A stretch of DNA of 64,000 nucleotides from Candidatus Doudnabacteria bacterium RIFCSPHIGHO2_02_FULL_42_25 (GCA_001777665.1 MFEQ01000006.1:24309-88308); one strand, 5' to 3'; shown: positions 56,371-64,000, counted from the first letter of the stretch. Notes: a model not told the origin generated them from the letters alone. A program made the numbers and translations.

Positions 56371-56960
56371 ATTCTTTTTACAGCTTCAATGAACATTTTG
56401 TTAGTATCGTCAGATACAATTATGAGCCCTCGCACTATTCTTCTGTATGCAGGATCATCGGATTGGCCTCTTCCTCTCGTTATATGATCGAAGCCTCCTA
56501 CTGCAGTCACTAAAATCCAAGGATTGTGCTCTTCCACATCAGGTAATTCATGCCGGTGCTCATTGAAATCCCGACGGTATTCATCTAACCGTAACTGCAG
56601 TAATTTATCCCAATCGATCAAGAATTTCTCCTCAATCCCGAAAGATTTTAAAATTTCTTTGTATGCAGTGAGAATTCCATTTTTTACTTCTTTCAAATAC
56701 TCCCTAAAAAAATCTTCGTGAAAATTAATCAGTGTTTCAGTTTGAAAATAGACTAAACAGAGCGCCGTGACTACTAATTCATTAAAGATCCGATCTTGTT
56801 CAGTTTGGGATAACGAGTCAAAATTAATTTCGCTTCTAAAATCTATATTTCGAAATAAGTCAAAAGCTGACTTTATTGCCTTCATAGTAATGGCCACAGT
56901 ATCTTTTGCCGAATTTGGAGGACCGTAAACAAGTTTTCTGAACATAAAATAGAGTCTCAC
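56367..56960 (-). CDS. Hypothetical protein (197 aa) with possible HEPN-like Rx4H motif (RRDFNEH)
   Basis: ORF. The motif call is weak pattern-matching only. Confidence 0.3.
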   Translation of the reverse strand: MRLYFMFRKLVYGPPNSAKDTVAITMKAIKSAFDLFRNIDFRSEINFDSLSQTEQDRIFNELVVTALCLVYFQTETLINFHEDFFREYLKEVKNGILTAYKEILKSFGIEEKFLIDWDKLLQLRLDEYRRDFNEHRHELPDVEEHNPWILVTAVGGFDHITRGRGQSDDPAYRRIVRGLIIVSDDTNKMFIEAVKRI

Positions 56961-56965
56961 TACGC

Positions 56966-57514
56966 CTAATTGTGCGATCGTGTATTTTGCGTAGAATCAA
57001 ACAGCATTCTGCCTTCTAGGATATTAACATTTAATTCTACTTGTAATTCTTTTAATAGCTCTTTAAATTCTGGTAGTAGCTCCCAAGGTCCGATAAAAAC
57101 ACTCTTTTGCAACATCATAAAGCCGTTTTGAATTAAAAATCGTCTTAAAAATTGTCTGGCTTTTTTCTTTTCTTCGGGGATATCAAACATAACTAGAGTT
57201 GAAAATCCGTTATTCTTTGCCCTTCTCAACTTTCTTGAGTATATATATTTCAAACTCCTTGCCCGCCCTAAATTCGTTATCTGATAGTATGTTTTTCTTT
57301 CTTTTTTGATTTTTTTTACTAAGCCATCTCTGTCTAGTTCCCAAAAAGCTCTGGAAATTTTATAGCGATCATAATATTTAAGCCTTTTGATATATTGATA
57401 CTTGCCTTCAAAAGGATAAGGAATCAGCTCCCCCATATCGCGCAAAAACCAAAGCAATTCTCCAGTAATTGTCTTTAGACGCTTCTTGATTTTTCTTTTG
57501 GTAGTACGTTTCAT
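56966..57514 (-). CDS. wHTH + Cas2-like (VapD/Cas2 fold) protein, paralog A
   Basis: C-terminal half LVMFDIPEEKKKARQFLRRFLIQNGFMMLQKSVFIGPWE matches the Cas2 signature (V.YD.s....R..l...L...G.r.Q.SVF). Basic N-terminal domain. Paralog at 62995-63546. Confidence 0.4.
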   Translation of the reverse strand: MKRTTKRKIKKRLKTITGELLWFLRDMGELIPYPFEGKYQYIKRLKYYDRYKISRAFWELDRDGLVKKIKKERKTYYQITNLGRARSLKYIYSRKLRRAKNNGFSTLVMFDIPEEKKKARQFLRRFLIQNGFMMLQKSVFIGPWELLPEFKELLKELQVELNVNILEGRMLFDSTQNTRSHN

Positions 57515-57549
57515 ACGTATTTTACGCGATCGCGCATTTTACGTATTAT
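57514..57549 (+). repeat. 36-bp direct repeat (right copy) tacgtattttacGCGATCGCgcattttacgtattat
   Basis: See 56335-56370. Confidence 0.8.
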
Positions 57550-57556
57550 AGCAAAT

Positions 57557-58675
57557 TTAAAAAATATTGCTAAATAATCGCTTAAAGCCTTCGCTGTATC
57601 TCGTTACATCTTTCACTGTCACGAAAATCATTAACAAAATAAGCAAGGCAAAGCCAGCAGCATTGGCATACTGCTCGGCTTTGATGTTCAATTTCTTTCT
57701 TCGAATTTTTTCAATTGCTAGAAATAGAATCCGTCCACCATCCAGCGCTGGAAATGGCATGGCGTTTAAAATAGCCAGATTAATCGATAGCACTGCTGTG
57801 AATTGCAGTAAATAAATTATTCCAAGCTGTGTCACATCCCTGGTTAATACTGCTATACCCACTGGACCTGAAAGTGCGGCCCCGACATTTTGTCCTTGAA
57901 ACAAGCCCGCTATTAAAGCTCCGAATGCAGAAAGCGTTAGCCACAAAATATTAACTGTGGCTTCGAATCCTTTGATCGGGGCCATATACCAAGGATAAGA
58001 AACAAATCCTACACTACCTAGAGCAACTCCTAATGGCCCTTGGCCTTCCGGTGGATTTGCTCTCGGAATAATAGTTTTTTCGACAAAGTCATCGCCGTGC
58101 TTGATGGTATAAATCGTTGGCTGACCACCCTTTATTTGAGTTATTTCTCTCGCATGATCGATTGAGGCCACATCCTGTCCATCGATACGAGTAATAAAAT
58201 CTCCGACCTTAACTCCAGCTTGAGCAGCTGGGCTATCTGGAGCTACTTCCAGGATTCCCACCCGTACATCTCGCAGTTTTGCATATGATGGCAACTCTTC
58301 TCCGTCCGCTAAAACGGTTGGTAGTCCCAGTCCCATCCCGATTGAAATCAAAACCCAGGCAAAAATCACATTCATCGTCACCCCCGCTACAAGTACCGCG
58401 AATCGCTGCCAGCCAGTTTTATTCCCAAAGCTCTTCGGATCTTGAGTATCTGATCCATCTTCACCAACGATTTTGACAAAGCCCCCAAGAGGTATCGCAT
58501 TCACGCTATAAACCGTGTCACCTTTCTTGATTCCAAAAATTCGAGGTGGGAACCCAAATCCAAATTCATCCACTTTCATCCCCGCCCGTTTGGCCATGAC
58601 AAAGTGCCCTAGTTCGTGCACGAACACCAGGAGACCCAGAACTATAATAAAAACTATTATCGTAAGTAAAATCAT
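57557..58675 (-). CDS. rseP: RseP-like site-2 protease (M50 zinc metalloprotease with PDZ)
   Basis: HELGHF zinc motif in TM1, PDZ-like middle. Start placed at an internal ATG (MILLTIIVF). Confidence 0.65.
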   Translation of the reverse strand: MILLTIIVFIIVLGLLVFVHELGHFVMAKRAGMKVDEFGFGFPPRIFGIKKGDTVYSVNAIPLGGFVKIVGEDGSDTQDPKSFGNKTGWQRFAVLVAGVTMNVIFAWVLISIGMGLGLPTVLADGEELPSYAKLRDVRVGILEVAPDSPAAQAGVKVGDFITRIDGQDVASIDHAREITQIKGGQPTIYTIKHGDDFVEKTIIPRANPPEGQGPLGVALGSVGFVSYPWYMAPIKGFEATVNILWLTLSAFGALIAGLFQGQNVGAALSGPVGIAVLTRDVTQLGIIYLLQFTAVLSINLAILNAMPFPALDGGRILFLAIEKIRRKKLNIKAEQYANAAGFALLILLMIFVTVKDVTRYSEGFKRLFSNIF

Positions 58676-59007
58676 AAAACTATCATAGCAGAAATTAAAC
58701 CCAAAACTCCAATAAAGATTATCCAAAAGAAGGTTAAAATAATCCTCCAAGGATTAACTTTGGACCCTGAAATATCAGCTGCTTTCACCCTTTCCTTTAA
58801 AAAAATAAATGCTGTTATAAATAAAGATAAGAAAGATAAAACAACAGTAACAATAAAAATAGCGAAACTTATAAATTGAAGATTGCAATTATTATCTGGC
58901 GTTGTGAATAAAATATCACAGCTCGTATTGGCGGCAACAATTAAAGAAATAATGGCAATTGGTATACAAAAACTTAAGATACCGACCAAAATTTTCCTTG
59001 TTATCAT
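58672..59007 (-). CDS. Small membrane protein (111 aa), hypothetical
   Basis: Three hydrophobic segments. Confidence 0.3.
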   Translation of the reverse strand: MITRKILVGILSFCIPIAIISLIVAANTSCDILFTTPDNNCNLQFISFAIFIVTVVLSFLSLFITAFIFLKERVKAADISGSKVNPWRIILTFFWIIFIGVLGLISAMIVL

Positions 59008-59564
59008 ATCGTCATTACTTCTTTTTCTTTAGCTTCGGCGATTTGCTTGATCTGTTCATTAAACCCATCTATTACTTTCTGCATCTCATCCTTCCCTGCT
59101 CTCAAATCATCTTCGGAAATTTTCCCATCTTTTTCCATTTTCTGAATTTCTTTCCAAATTTCTTCTCTGACGTTGCGGATGGCTACTCGAGACTTCTCGG
59201 CCATCTGGGCGACTACTTTTACCAACTCTTTTCTTCGTTCTTCGGTCATCTGCGGAATAATTAGTCGAATATAGTTCCCATCGTTTACCGGATTGATGCC
59301 GAGGTTAGAAGCCTGGATGGCTTTCTCTATATCCTTCAAAGCATTTTTATCATAAGGCTGGATAGCGATTTGTCTCGGTTCAGGCACAGAAATTTGCGCA
59401 ATGGTTAGCAACTGTGTCGGTGCACCATAATAATCAACAGTAATATTTTCAACTAATCCACCATTGGCTCGGCCAGTACGCAGGGTGGCGAGTTCAGATT
59501 GGAGATGCTGAACAATTTTTTCAAACTCAACTTGTTTTTTATCTAATACTGGTAACATCGTCAT
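59004..59564 (-). CDS. frr: Ribosome recycling factor
   Basis: Typical RRF sequence (ITVDYYGAPT..., RLIIPQMTEERRKELVK). Confidence 0.85.
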   Translation of the reverse strand: MTMLPVLDKKQVEFEKIVQHLQSELATLRTGRANGGLVENITVDYYGAPTQLLTIAQISVPEPRQIAIQPYDKNALKDIEKAIQASNLGINPVNDGNYIRLIIPQMTEERRKELVKVVAQMAEKSRVAIRNVREEIWKEIQKMEKDGKISEDDLRAGKDEMQKVIDGFNEQIKQIAEAKEKEVMTI

Positions 59565-59565
59565 A

Positions 59566-60609
59566 CTACCTTAATCCTATATAAATAATATTTGAACTAC
59601 TGGGGTTAATTAGTATACTATCGATTATCGAAGATGTCGGCAAGACCTTCGTCTCCCAAGTTAACCCGCCATTTACTGATTTGTAAATTGTAGATGCCAC
59701 ACTAGCGTATACTGCATTGGAATTATTTGGCTCTACAGTGATGGAGGAAACACTAAGCGCACCATTACGTACTGGAAGGGATAAAAACGACCAATTCGAA
59801 GCAGAGTCCACGGTTCGATACAAACCTTCTTCAGTACCGAGATAGACGACTCCGGCTTGCTTCGGATCTATTGCCAAATCATTAAAGGCACTCACAGAAG
59901 GAAGTGCATTGTTGGAGCTAAACAAATTGTCTTCAGTAAGGACTGACGATACTTCAATCCAAGACAATCCGGCATCAGGACTTTTGTACAATCCAGCTTG
60001 CACGGCCAAAGCATACGCGATATTCGAGGAATCGAATTCGATATCGACTACGCGATTAGTTAAATCTTTTACTGTTTGCCAGGTCCGGCCCGCATCAGTG
60101 GAACGGATGATCTCACCATTATTTAAACCAGCCAAAATTGTCGAAGAATTATTGCGAGCGAGAGTAATCGATAAAACTGTGTTGCTATCTGACGGTTCAG
60201 AATAAATATCCACCCAGGACGTTCCGCCGTCCACGCTTTTGATAATTTTCCCACTTTTACCGACGATTCCCGAAGCATAAACCGTGCTCCCATTGGCTGG
60301 GTCCAGAACCAGGTCCCCTACAGAAATTCCAGATAAAATATACTTCCAAGATTTCGCCCCATCTTCAGATTTATACATCCCTGCTCCAGCCGCTGCATAA
60401 ACTATTTCGGAATTATTCGGATCAAAAGCCAAAGCTGTAATCGGTAAACTATTTATATCTCCTTTGGGCAACAAAGCATTGCTAGCCGAATATGTCTGGC
60501 CTCCGTCCTCGGATTTGAATACACCACGAGTCCCACCACCCAAATCAAAAACATTGCAGCTGGCTGCAGTCAGTGAAAGCCCTAAAATTAAGATGAAAAA
60601 TCTTTGCAT
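59566..60609 (-). CDS. Secreted lipoprotein with BNR/Asp-box (S-x-D-x-G-x-T-W) repeats, Ycf48-like beta-propeller
   Basis: Lipobox LTAASC. Repeated SxDGGxTW motifs. Confidence 0.55.
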   Translation of the reverse strand: MQRFFILILGLSLTAASCNVFDLGGGTRGVFKSEDGGQTYSASNALLPKGDINSLPITALAFDPNNSEIVYAAAGAGMYKSEDGAKSWKYILSGISVGDLVLDPANGSTVYASGIVGKSGKIIKSVDGGTSWVDIYSEPSDSNTVLSITLARNNSSTILAGLNNGEIIRSTDAGRTWQTVKDLTNRVVDIEFDSSNIAYALAVQAGLYKSPDAGLSWIEVSSVLTEDNLFSSNNALPSVSAFNDLAIDPKQAGVVYLGTEEGLYRTVDSASNWSFLSLPVRNGALSVSSITVEPNNSNAVYASVASTIYKSVNGGLTWETKVLPTSSIIDSILINPSSSNIIYIGLR

Positions 60610-60615
60610 ACTTTC

Positions 60616-60669
60616 GCAGTTGTTCCTCCCCTTAATATAAGGGGAGGTTAGGAGGGGTTATTCATAAGG
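60616..60669 (+). repeat. gcagttgttcctccccttaatataaggggaggttaggaggggttattc element in the 5' leader of the BNR-repeat gene
   Basis: See 21040-21085 and 13334-13374. Confidence 0.75.
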
Positions 60670-60683
60670 ATTAGGCTGCTGTT

Positions 60684-61451
60684 TCAAGTCTTAAGCATTA
60701 AATTAGTCAAAAGCAACTTCGAATTGACGTTCTGGTCCAAAAATTTTCGAGCCAACATTACTTGGCTAACTTTTTTCGCCAAAGCTTTAGAGGCTTGGGT
60801 CTGCAAATTCTGTTGTAATTGATTTAGCCATAAATCAAAAATCTTTTTTATTTCCTCTGTTTCAAAACCAGCCATATCATAAGCAGAAATCAACCGATCC
60901 ACTTTTGAATTACTCATAAAAATTTTATAGAGACGATCTGCTTCGAGAGTTTCATCAGTAACTTCGGGTATTCTTTCAATCGGGCCAAATGTAATTTTCT
61001 GACAACGAGACAAAATAGTCTTTGGCAACTTATTCGGATTGCTTGTGATCAAGAATAAAAAAGTATAACTTTTGGGTTCTTCGAGAACTTTCAAAAGCGC
61101 GTTCGCCGCTTCAGTGGTCATCTGGTCAGCATGATCGATCAGTGCCACTTTGTGTTTGGCTTGGTAAGGCTTCAGTGACAATTTGTACGCCAACTCTCGA
61201 ATTTGTTCAATTTTTATTCCTTCAGCGCCATTTATCTCTAATAGATCTGGATGGAAATAGTCGGGCGAAAGTTTGGGTAGATCGCTGAATGAAGATGCCT
61301 CGATTAACTCCAGGGCTAATTTTTTCGCGACAGTTTTTTTCCCTACACCTTCAGGTCCAGCAAACACATAAGCATGAGCTAGTTTGCCATTCCGTAGAGC
61401 TTTTTCCAGTAATTCTAATTGTCTTTTGTGTCCTGAAATTGATTCAAACAT
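60684..61451 (-). CDS. holB: DNA polymerase III delta-prime subunit
   Basis: AAA+ clamp-loader fold with degenerate Walker A GPEGVGKKT. Confidence 0.6.
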   Translation of the reverse strand: MFESISGHKRQLELLEKALRNGKLAHAYVFAGPEGVGKKTVAKKLALELIEASSFSDLPKLSPDYFHPDLLEINGAEGIKIEQIRELAYKLSLKPYQAKHKVALIDHADQMTTEAANALLKVLEEPKSYTFLFLITSNPNKLPKTILSRCQKITFGPIERIPEVTDETLEADRLYKIFMSNSKVDRLISAYDMAGFETEEIKKIFDLWLNQLQQNLQTQASKALAKKVSQVMLARKFLDQNVNSKLLLTNLMLKT

Positions 61452-61479
61452 GGATTAATTATACCATTTCACCCCAGTA

Positions 61480-61509
61480 TTGACAAAAACACCCAAAAAA
61501 CAGTATACT
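61480..61509 (+). promoter_or_regulatory. Sigma70-like promoter (TTGACA-18-TATACT) of GC island; followed by SD + 6-codon uORF (MQPLRS, 61545-61565) and an 11-bp-stem hairpin (61580-61631)
   Basis: TTGACA 61480-61485, TATACT 61504-61509, AAGGAGG 61533-61539, inverted repeat gcagaagagtg/cactcttctgc. Confidence 0.5.
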
Positions 61510-61650
61510 TATACGTTGCACATTTCGTGCACAAGGAGGATAAGATGCAACCTTTACGTAGTTAGATTTTGAACTCACTGCAGAAGAGTGCTTATAACTT
61601 CAGATAATCCTGTCTGATCCACTCTTCTGCTAACAGCAGAGGAGAGGGTC

Positions 61651-62265
61651 ATGATCAGGAACATCGCAGACGCGTCAGAACAGTACCACAACGCCGTCAA
61701 CGCCTGCCGCGAGGTCTTCGCGGCGGCCGAGCGCGAATTCGTAGAGCCGAAGGGCGTGAAAGCCCACATCGAGGAAGCGCGGCGGCTCTACGCGGAACTG
61801 GGTGACGAGGCGTCAGCCGTGAAAGAGGTGGACAATGCAAGGCAGTGGCTGATCGGGATCGCCGGGAAGTTCTTGCGCGGTGCGGTCGAGTTCTTCGGCG
61901 ACCGCATCTACGAGCTCTCCTACATGTCGCTCGACCGCGACATCGTCGAGAACATGCAGGCTAGGTTGCGCGAGTACGAGGAAGCAGTGCGCGTCGGCGA
62001 AGCCAGCAGCTTCGAGGTACGACTCACCGCATACAAAAAACTCGCGACCGTGGTCAACGGCGCGCGCACGGAGCAGCAGCGGCGCATCGAGCACCGCGAG
62101 AAGCTGGCGCAGGAACGCGCTGAACGGGAGCAACACGAACGTCGGCGGCGTCGGGAGGAAGAAGCCGAGGCCGATCGCGTTCGAGCGAAGCAGCAACAGG
62201 AGGCTGCTGAGGCTGCGGCGCGCGAGGAACGCGCGAAGCAGTTCGACGAGCTCTTCGGAGCTTAG
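61651..62265 (+). CDS. GC-rich island ORF (204 aa) with highly charged C-terminal helix (ERAEREQHERRRRREEEAEADRVRAKQQQEAAE)
   Basis: ATG 6 nt after GAGAGGG. GC-rich. Confidence 0.5.
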   Translation: MIRNIADASEQYHNAVNACREVFAAAEREFVEPKGVKAHIEEARRLYAELGDEASAVKEVDNARQWLIGIAGKFLRGAVEFFGDRIYELSYMSLDRDIVENMQARLREYEEAVRVGEASSFEVRLTAYKKLATVVNGARTEQQRRIEHREKLAQERAEREQHERRRRREEEAEADRVRAKQQQEAAEAAAREERAKQFDELFGA

Positions 62266-62267
62266 GG

Positions 62268-62308
62268 GGTCCCTAGGGGTGTGGCACACAGGTGCCCGCC
62301 CCTTTTTC
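62268..62308 (+). terminator. Intrinsic terminator
   Basis: GC hairpin ...ggcacacaggtgcccgcccctttttc. Confidence 0.55.
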
Positions 62309-62323
62309 ATTTCCAGGTTAGGG

Positions 62324-62352
62324 TTGACAGTGGCCTCAAAATCTTATATACT
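62324..62352 (+). promoter_or_regulatory. Sigma70-like promoter (TTGACA-17-TATACT) with about 170-nt structured leader
   Basis: TTGACA 62324-62329, TATACT 62347-62352. Leader hairpins gcggcaacttcgccgc and ccgctcgcgg. AGGAGG 62514-62519. Confidence 0.5.
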
Positions 62353-62525
62353 GTTAAGCTTTAAACGGAGAAAGTTTCGTTAGCCCTGTCTGCTAAGCGA
62401 AACGGGAAAAGCAACTCAAAAAGAGCGAACGCAAGATCATATCAAACAAGTAACTCTAATTGAATGCAGCTTCGCGGCAACTTCGCCGCAAGTTTACCCG
62501 TCCGCTCGCGGACAGGAGGTCAACC

Positions 62526-62888
62526 ATGCCTGACCCACAGGACATGGACCCCACGGTCGCTCAGTTCGCTGAGGACCTGAAGTACACCCAGTGCCACGCT
62601 GAGGTTCACTACCTCAGTGTGGATGGGACGCCCCGGATGCTACGGTTCCACCCGTGGACATCCGTACTTGTCGAAGTCTCTGAGGACTGCCTAAAGGTGG
62701 TCGAGAGATTCGATAAGCGCCCCGGGGAAACCTGGAGCGAGAAGACGACGGTGATCGAGCTGAATAAGCTCTTGATCGCCAAACTCTTCGACTGCGAGGG
62801 ATGTGAACGATGCGACGACAAAGGGTCGGGCGCATTGTGGACATTCTTGCAGGGGCAACGTTCTAGGAGTACTTGGGGGTACTGTTAG
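62526..62888 (+). CDS. GC-rich island ORF (120 aa, MPDPQDMDPTVAQFAEDL...CEGCERCDD), unknown; C-terminal Cys cluster
   Basis: ATG 6 nt after AGGAGG. ORF track gives upstream ATG 62460, which lacks an SD. Confidence 0.5.
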   Translation: MPDPQDMDPTVAQFAEDLKYTQCHAEVHYLSVDGTPRMLRFHPWTSVLVEVSEDCLKVVERFDKRPGETWSEKTTVIELNKLLIAKLFDCEGCERCDDKGSGALWTFLQGQRSRSTWGYC

Positions 62889-62896
62889 AATAAACA

Positions 62897-62932
62897 CCCG
62901 GGCGACACGCAGTGTCCCCGGGTTTTTCTTTT
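62897..62932 (+). terminator. Intrinsic terminator (cccgggcgacacgcagtgtccccggg + T-run)
   Basis: Near-perfect stem with 1-nt bulge, then tttttctttt. Confidence 0.7.
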
Positions 62933-62961
62933 CCCCAATTCCTTACACATACCAACCTTTT

Positions 62962-62989
62962 TACCTAGTTGGCCATATGGGCATTTAGG
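62962..62989. repeat. Degenerate copy of the CATATG-core palindrome (acctagttgGccatatgggcaTTtaggt)
   Basis: Three substitutions relative to the perfect copies. Lies between the GC island and the Cas2-like gene. Confidence 0.7.
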
Positions 62990-62994
62990 TAAAG

Positions 62995-63546
62995 TCAGCC
63001 AAGTTTAAATCTTTTTATTAAATCGGCTTTTATATCTATTTCTTCAGCAGTTATTAATCGTACAAAAGGCCTTATCTCATAGATCTCTTTTAAAAAATCA
63101 ACTTCATCCTCACAAGGATAAGGACATGCCCAAAGACTTTTCTGGACGAGCTCAAAACCAATCTCCCCCAACTTCCTAGTAAACTCTTTTCGGTTATTAT
63201 TAAATTCGACTGGTATATCGTACGTTACTAATCGCCATTTTCTATCCCATTTTTTCTGTGGTTTAATTTTCATATCGTCAATTTTAAATTTCAACCATTT
63301 CTCCTTCCCTTTTTTCGTTAATTTAATAACGGTTTTATCTCCTTCCTGACCTATACTGACCATCCTTGAATTTTCTAAACCCTTAAAAGATCGATCTATT
63401 TGAGTCTTGCTATATTTCTTATATAAATCATACTGACGAAAAATTTCTGCCATACCTGGTGCCACTATGACCACTGCTAAAATCCCGACCTTGGACAGGA
63501 CGTATAAAATATCTTTAGCAATTTCCGAGCGTTTAGCCATACACAA
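62995..63546 (-). CDS. wHTH + Cas2-like protein, paralog B; bracketed by CATATG-core palindromes
   Basis: WRLVTYDIPVEFNNNRKEFTRKLGEIGFELVQKSLWACP matches the same signature as 56966-57514. Confidence 0.4.
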   Translation of the reverse strand: MCMAKRSEIAKDILYVLSKVGILAVVIVAPGMAEIFRQYDLYKKYSKTQIDRSFKGLENSRMVSIGQEGDKTVIKLTKKGKEKWLKFKIDDMKIKPQKKWDRKWRLVTYDIPVEFNNNRKEFTRKLGEIGFELVQKSLWACPYPCEDEVDFLKEIYEIRPFVRLITAEEIDIKADLIKRFKLG

Positions 63547-63553
63547 ATTCTAT

Positions 63554-63581
63554 ACCTAGTTGCCCATATGGGCAACTAGGT
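63554..63581. repeat. Perfect 28-bp palindrome ACCTAGTTGCCCATATGGGCAACTAGGT (copy 3), 8 nt upstream of the Cas2-like gene start
   Basis: Identical to copies 1 and 2. Confidence 0.9.
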
Positions 63582-63627
63582 TACGGGTGTACCCAGTTGT
63601 TCACTTATTAAAAAGACTTGTTCTTAA

Positions 63628-63700
63628 ACAAAAAACAGTGGATTTTTTTAATCGATCCTGCAACTACTTTGCGAAGTGTCGATTACAATCCACTGTTTTT
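63628..63700. repeat. Inverted repeat aaaaaacagtggat / atccactgtttttt with about 45-nt spacer in ORF-free terminal region
   Basis: 14-bp arms. Followed by hairpin atccgccagctggcggat (63774-63791). Confidence 0.45.
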
Positions 63701-64000
63701 TATCTCTTGAGATTTTCTAAACGTTTAATAGGCTTAACCTCAAGTAGTCTACAAAGAGTAAATATTCGCGTCAATCCGCCAGCTGGCGGATCAAAAAAAC
63801 AGTGTAACTAAAAGGGTTTTCTTTCGATGTGTGCAGAACTTGTGTGTAACACGTGAGTAATCTGTGATGAAGCAAACTCCGACGCTCCGGTCCGGAGTTG
63901 CTACCGCAACAAAAAAACCACCGTTAGGAGGTTTTTTTGATAAAGACCGGTGTGCTGCGATGAAACTTGGATTGCACTTACGAACTCCCCAAGCCTAGGA

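Noticed and set aside
56966-57514. Canonical CRISPR-Cas locus
   Set aside because: No repeat-spacer array, no Cas1 or other cas genes. The Cas2-like domain is fused to an N-terminal wHTH-like domain and occurs as a solo gene.

Overview
This is a 64 kb, AT-rich window (by eye about mid-30s % GC). It is densely packed with mostly minus-strand housekeeping genes typical of a small Gram-positive-like or Patescibacteria (CPR)-type genome. Housekeeping content: (1) Cell envelope and division: DUF4012 protein (partial), ftsW, murD, a D-aminoacylase-like amidohydrolase, mraY, a DacA-like D,D-carboxypeptidase, mreB-mreC-mreD-pbp2, ddl-alr, ftsQ-like, GT4/GT2/GT39 glycosyltransferases, gtrA-like, rseP. 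(2) Replication and repair: dnaX, dnaB, holB, recR, AlkD-like repair protein. (3) Translation, tRNA ligases and RNA: serS, lysS, cysS, proS, rplU, frr, greA, and one tRNA-Gln(UUG). (4) Other metabolism and stress: trxA, msrA, metK, corA, pyrH-like, rdgB, NUDIX. (5) Sigma factor: an ECF sigma with an anti-sigma-like partner. (6) Secretion-related: a VirD4/TraG-like T4CP ATPase with two tandem paralogous membrane proteins, and a pilin-like protein. Superimposed on this backbone are two unusual layers. First, at least seven sharply bounded GC-rich islands (about 55-65% GC by eye). Each has a near-consensus sigma70 promoter (TTGACA-N16-18-TAnnnT), a strong Shine-Dalgarno site (AAGGAGG), one to three small unrecognisable ORFs, and an intrinsic terminator. 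Most are followed by a perfect or near-perfect 28-34 bp palindrome (core TTGCCCATATGGGCAA), and some also by GCGATCGC-containing palindromes or direct repeats. Two paralogous wHTH + Cas2-like genes are bracketed by these same repeats. Second, there is a dense population of structured repeat families: a 143-bp element that exactly fills the murD/ftsW and mreC/mreD intercistronic gaps; a long hairpin that sequesters start codons upstream of mraY and greA; a covarying ~105-nt RNA-like element in two copies; a three-copy ccatttcga...GGAGGGATCTCTCACTTCGTTCGAGATGG element; a ccccttaatataagggg element; and several RPE-like GC-rich palindromic modules inserted in-frame in murD, a GT39 gene and dnaX, with a possible one in lysS. 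No rRNA, CRISPR array, transposase or integrase was recognised. All coordinates of non-CDS motifs are hand-counted and may be off by 1-2 nt.
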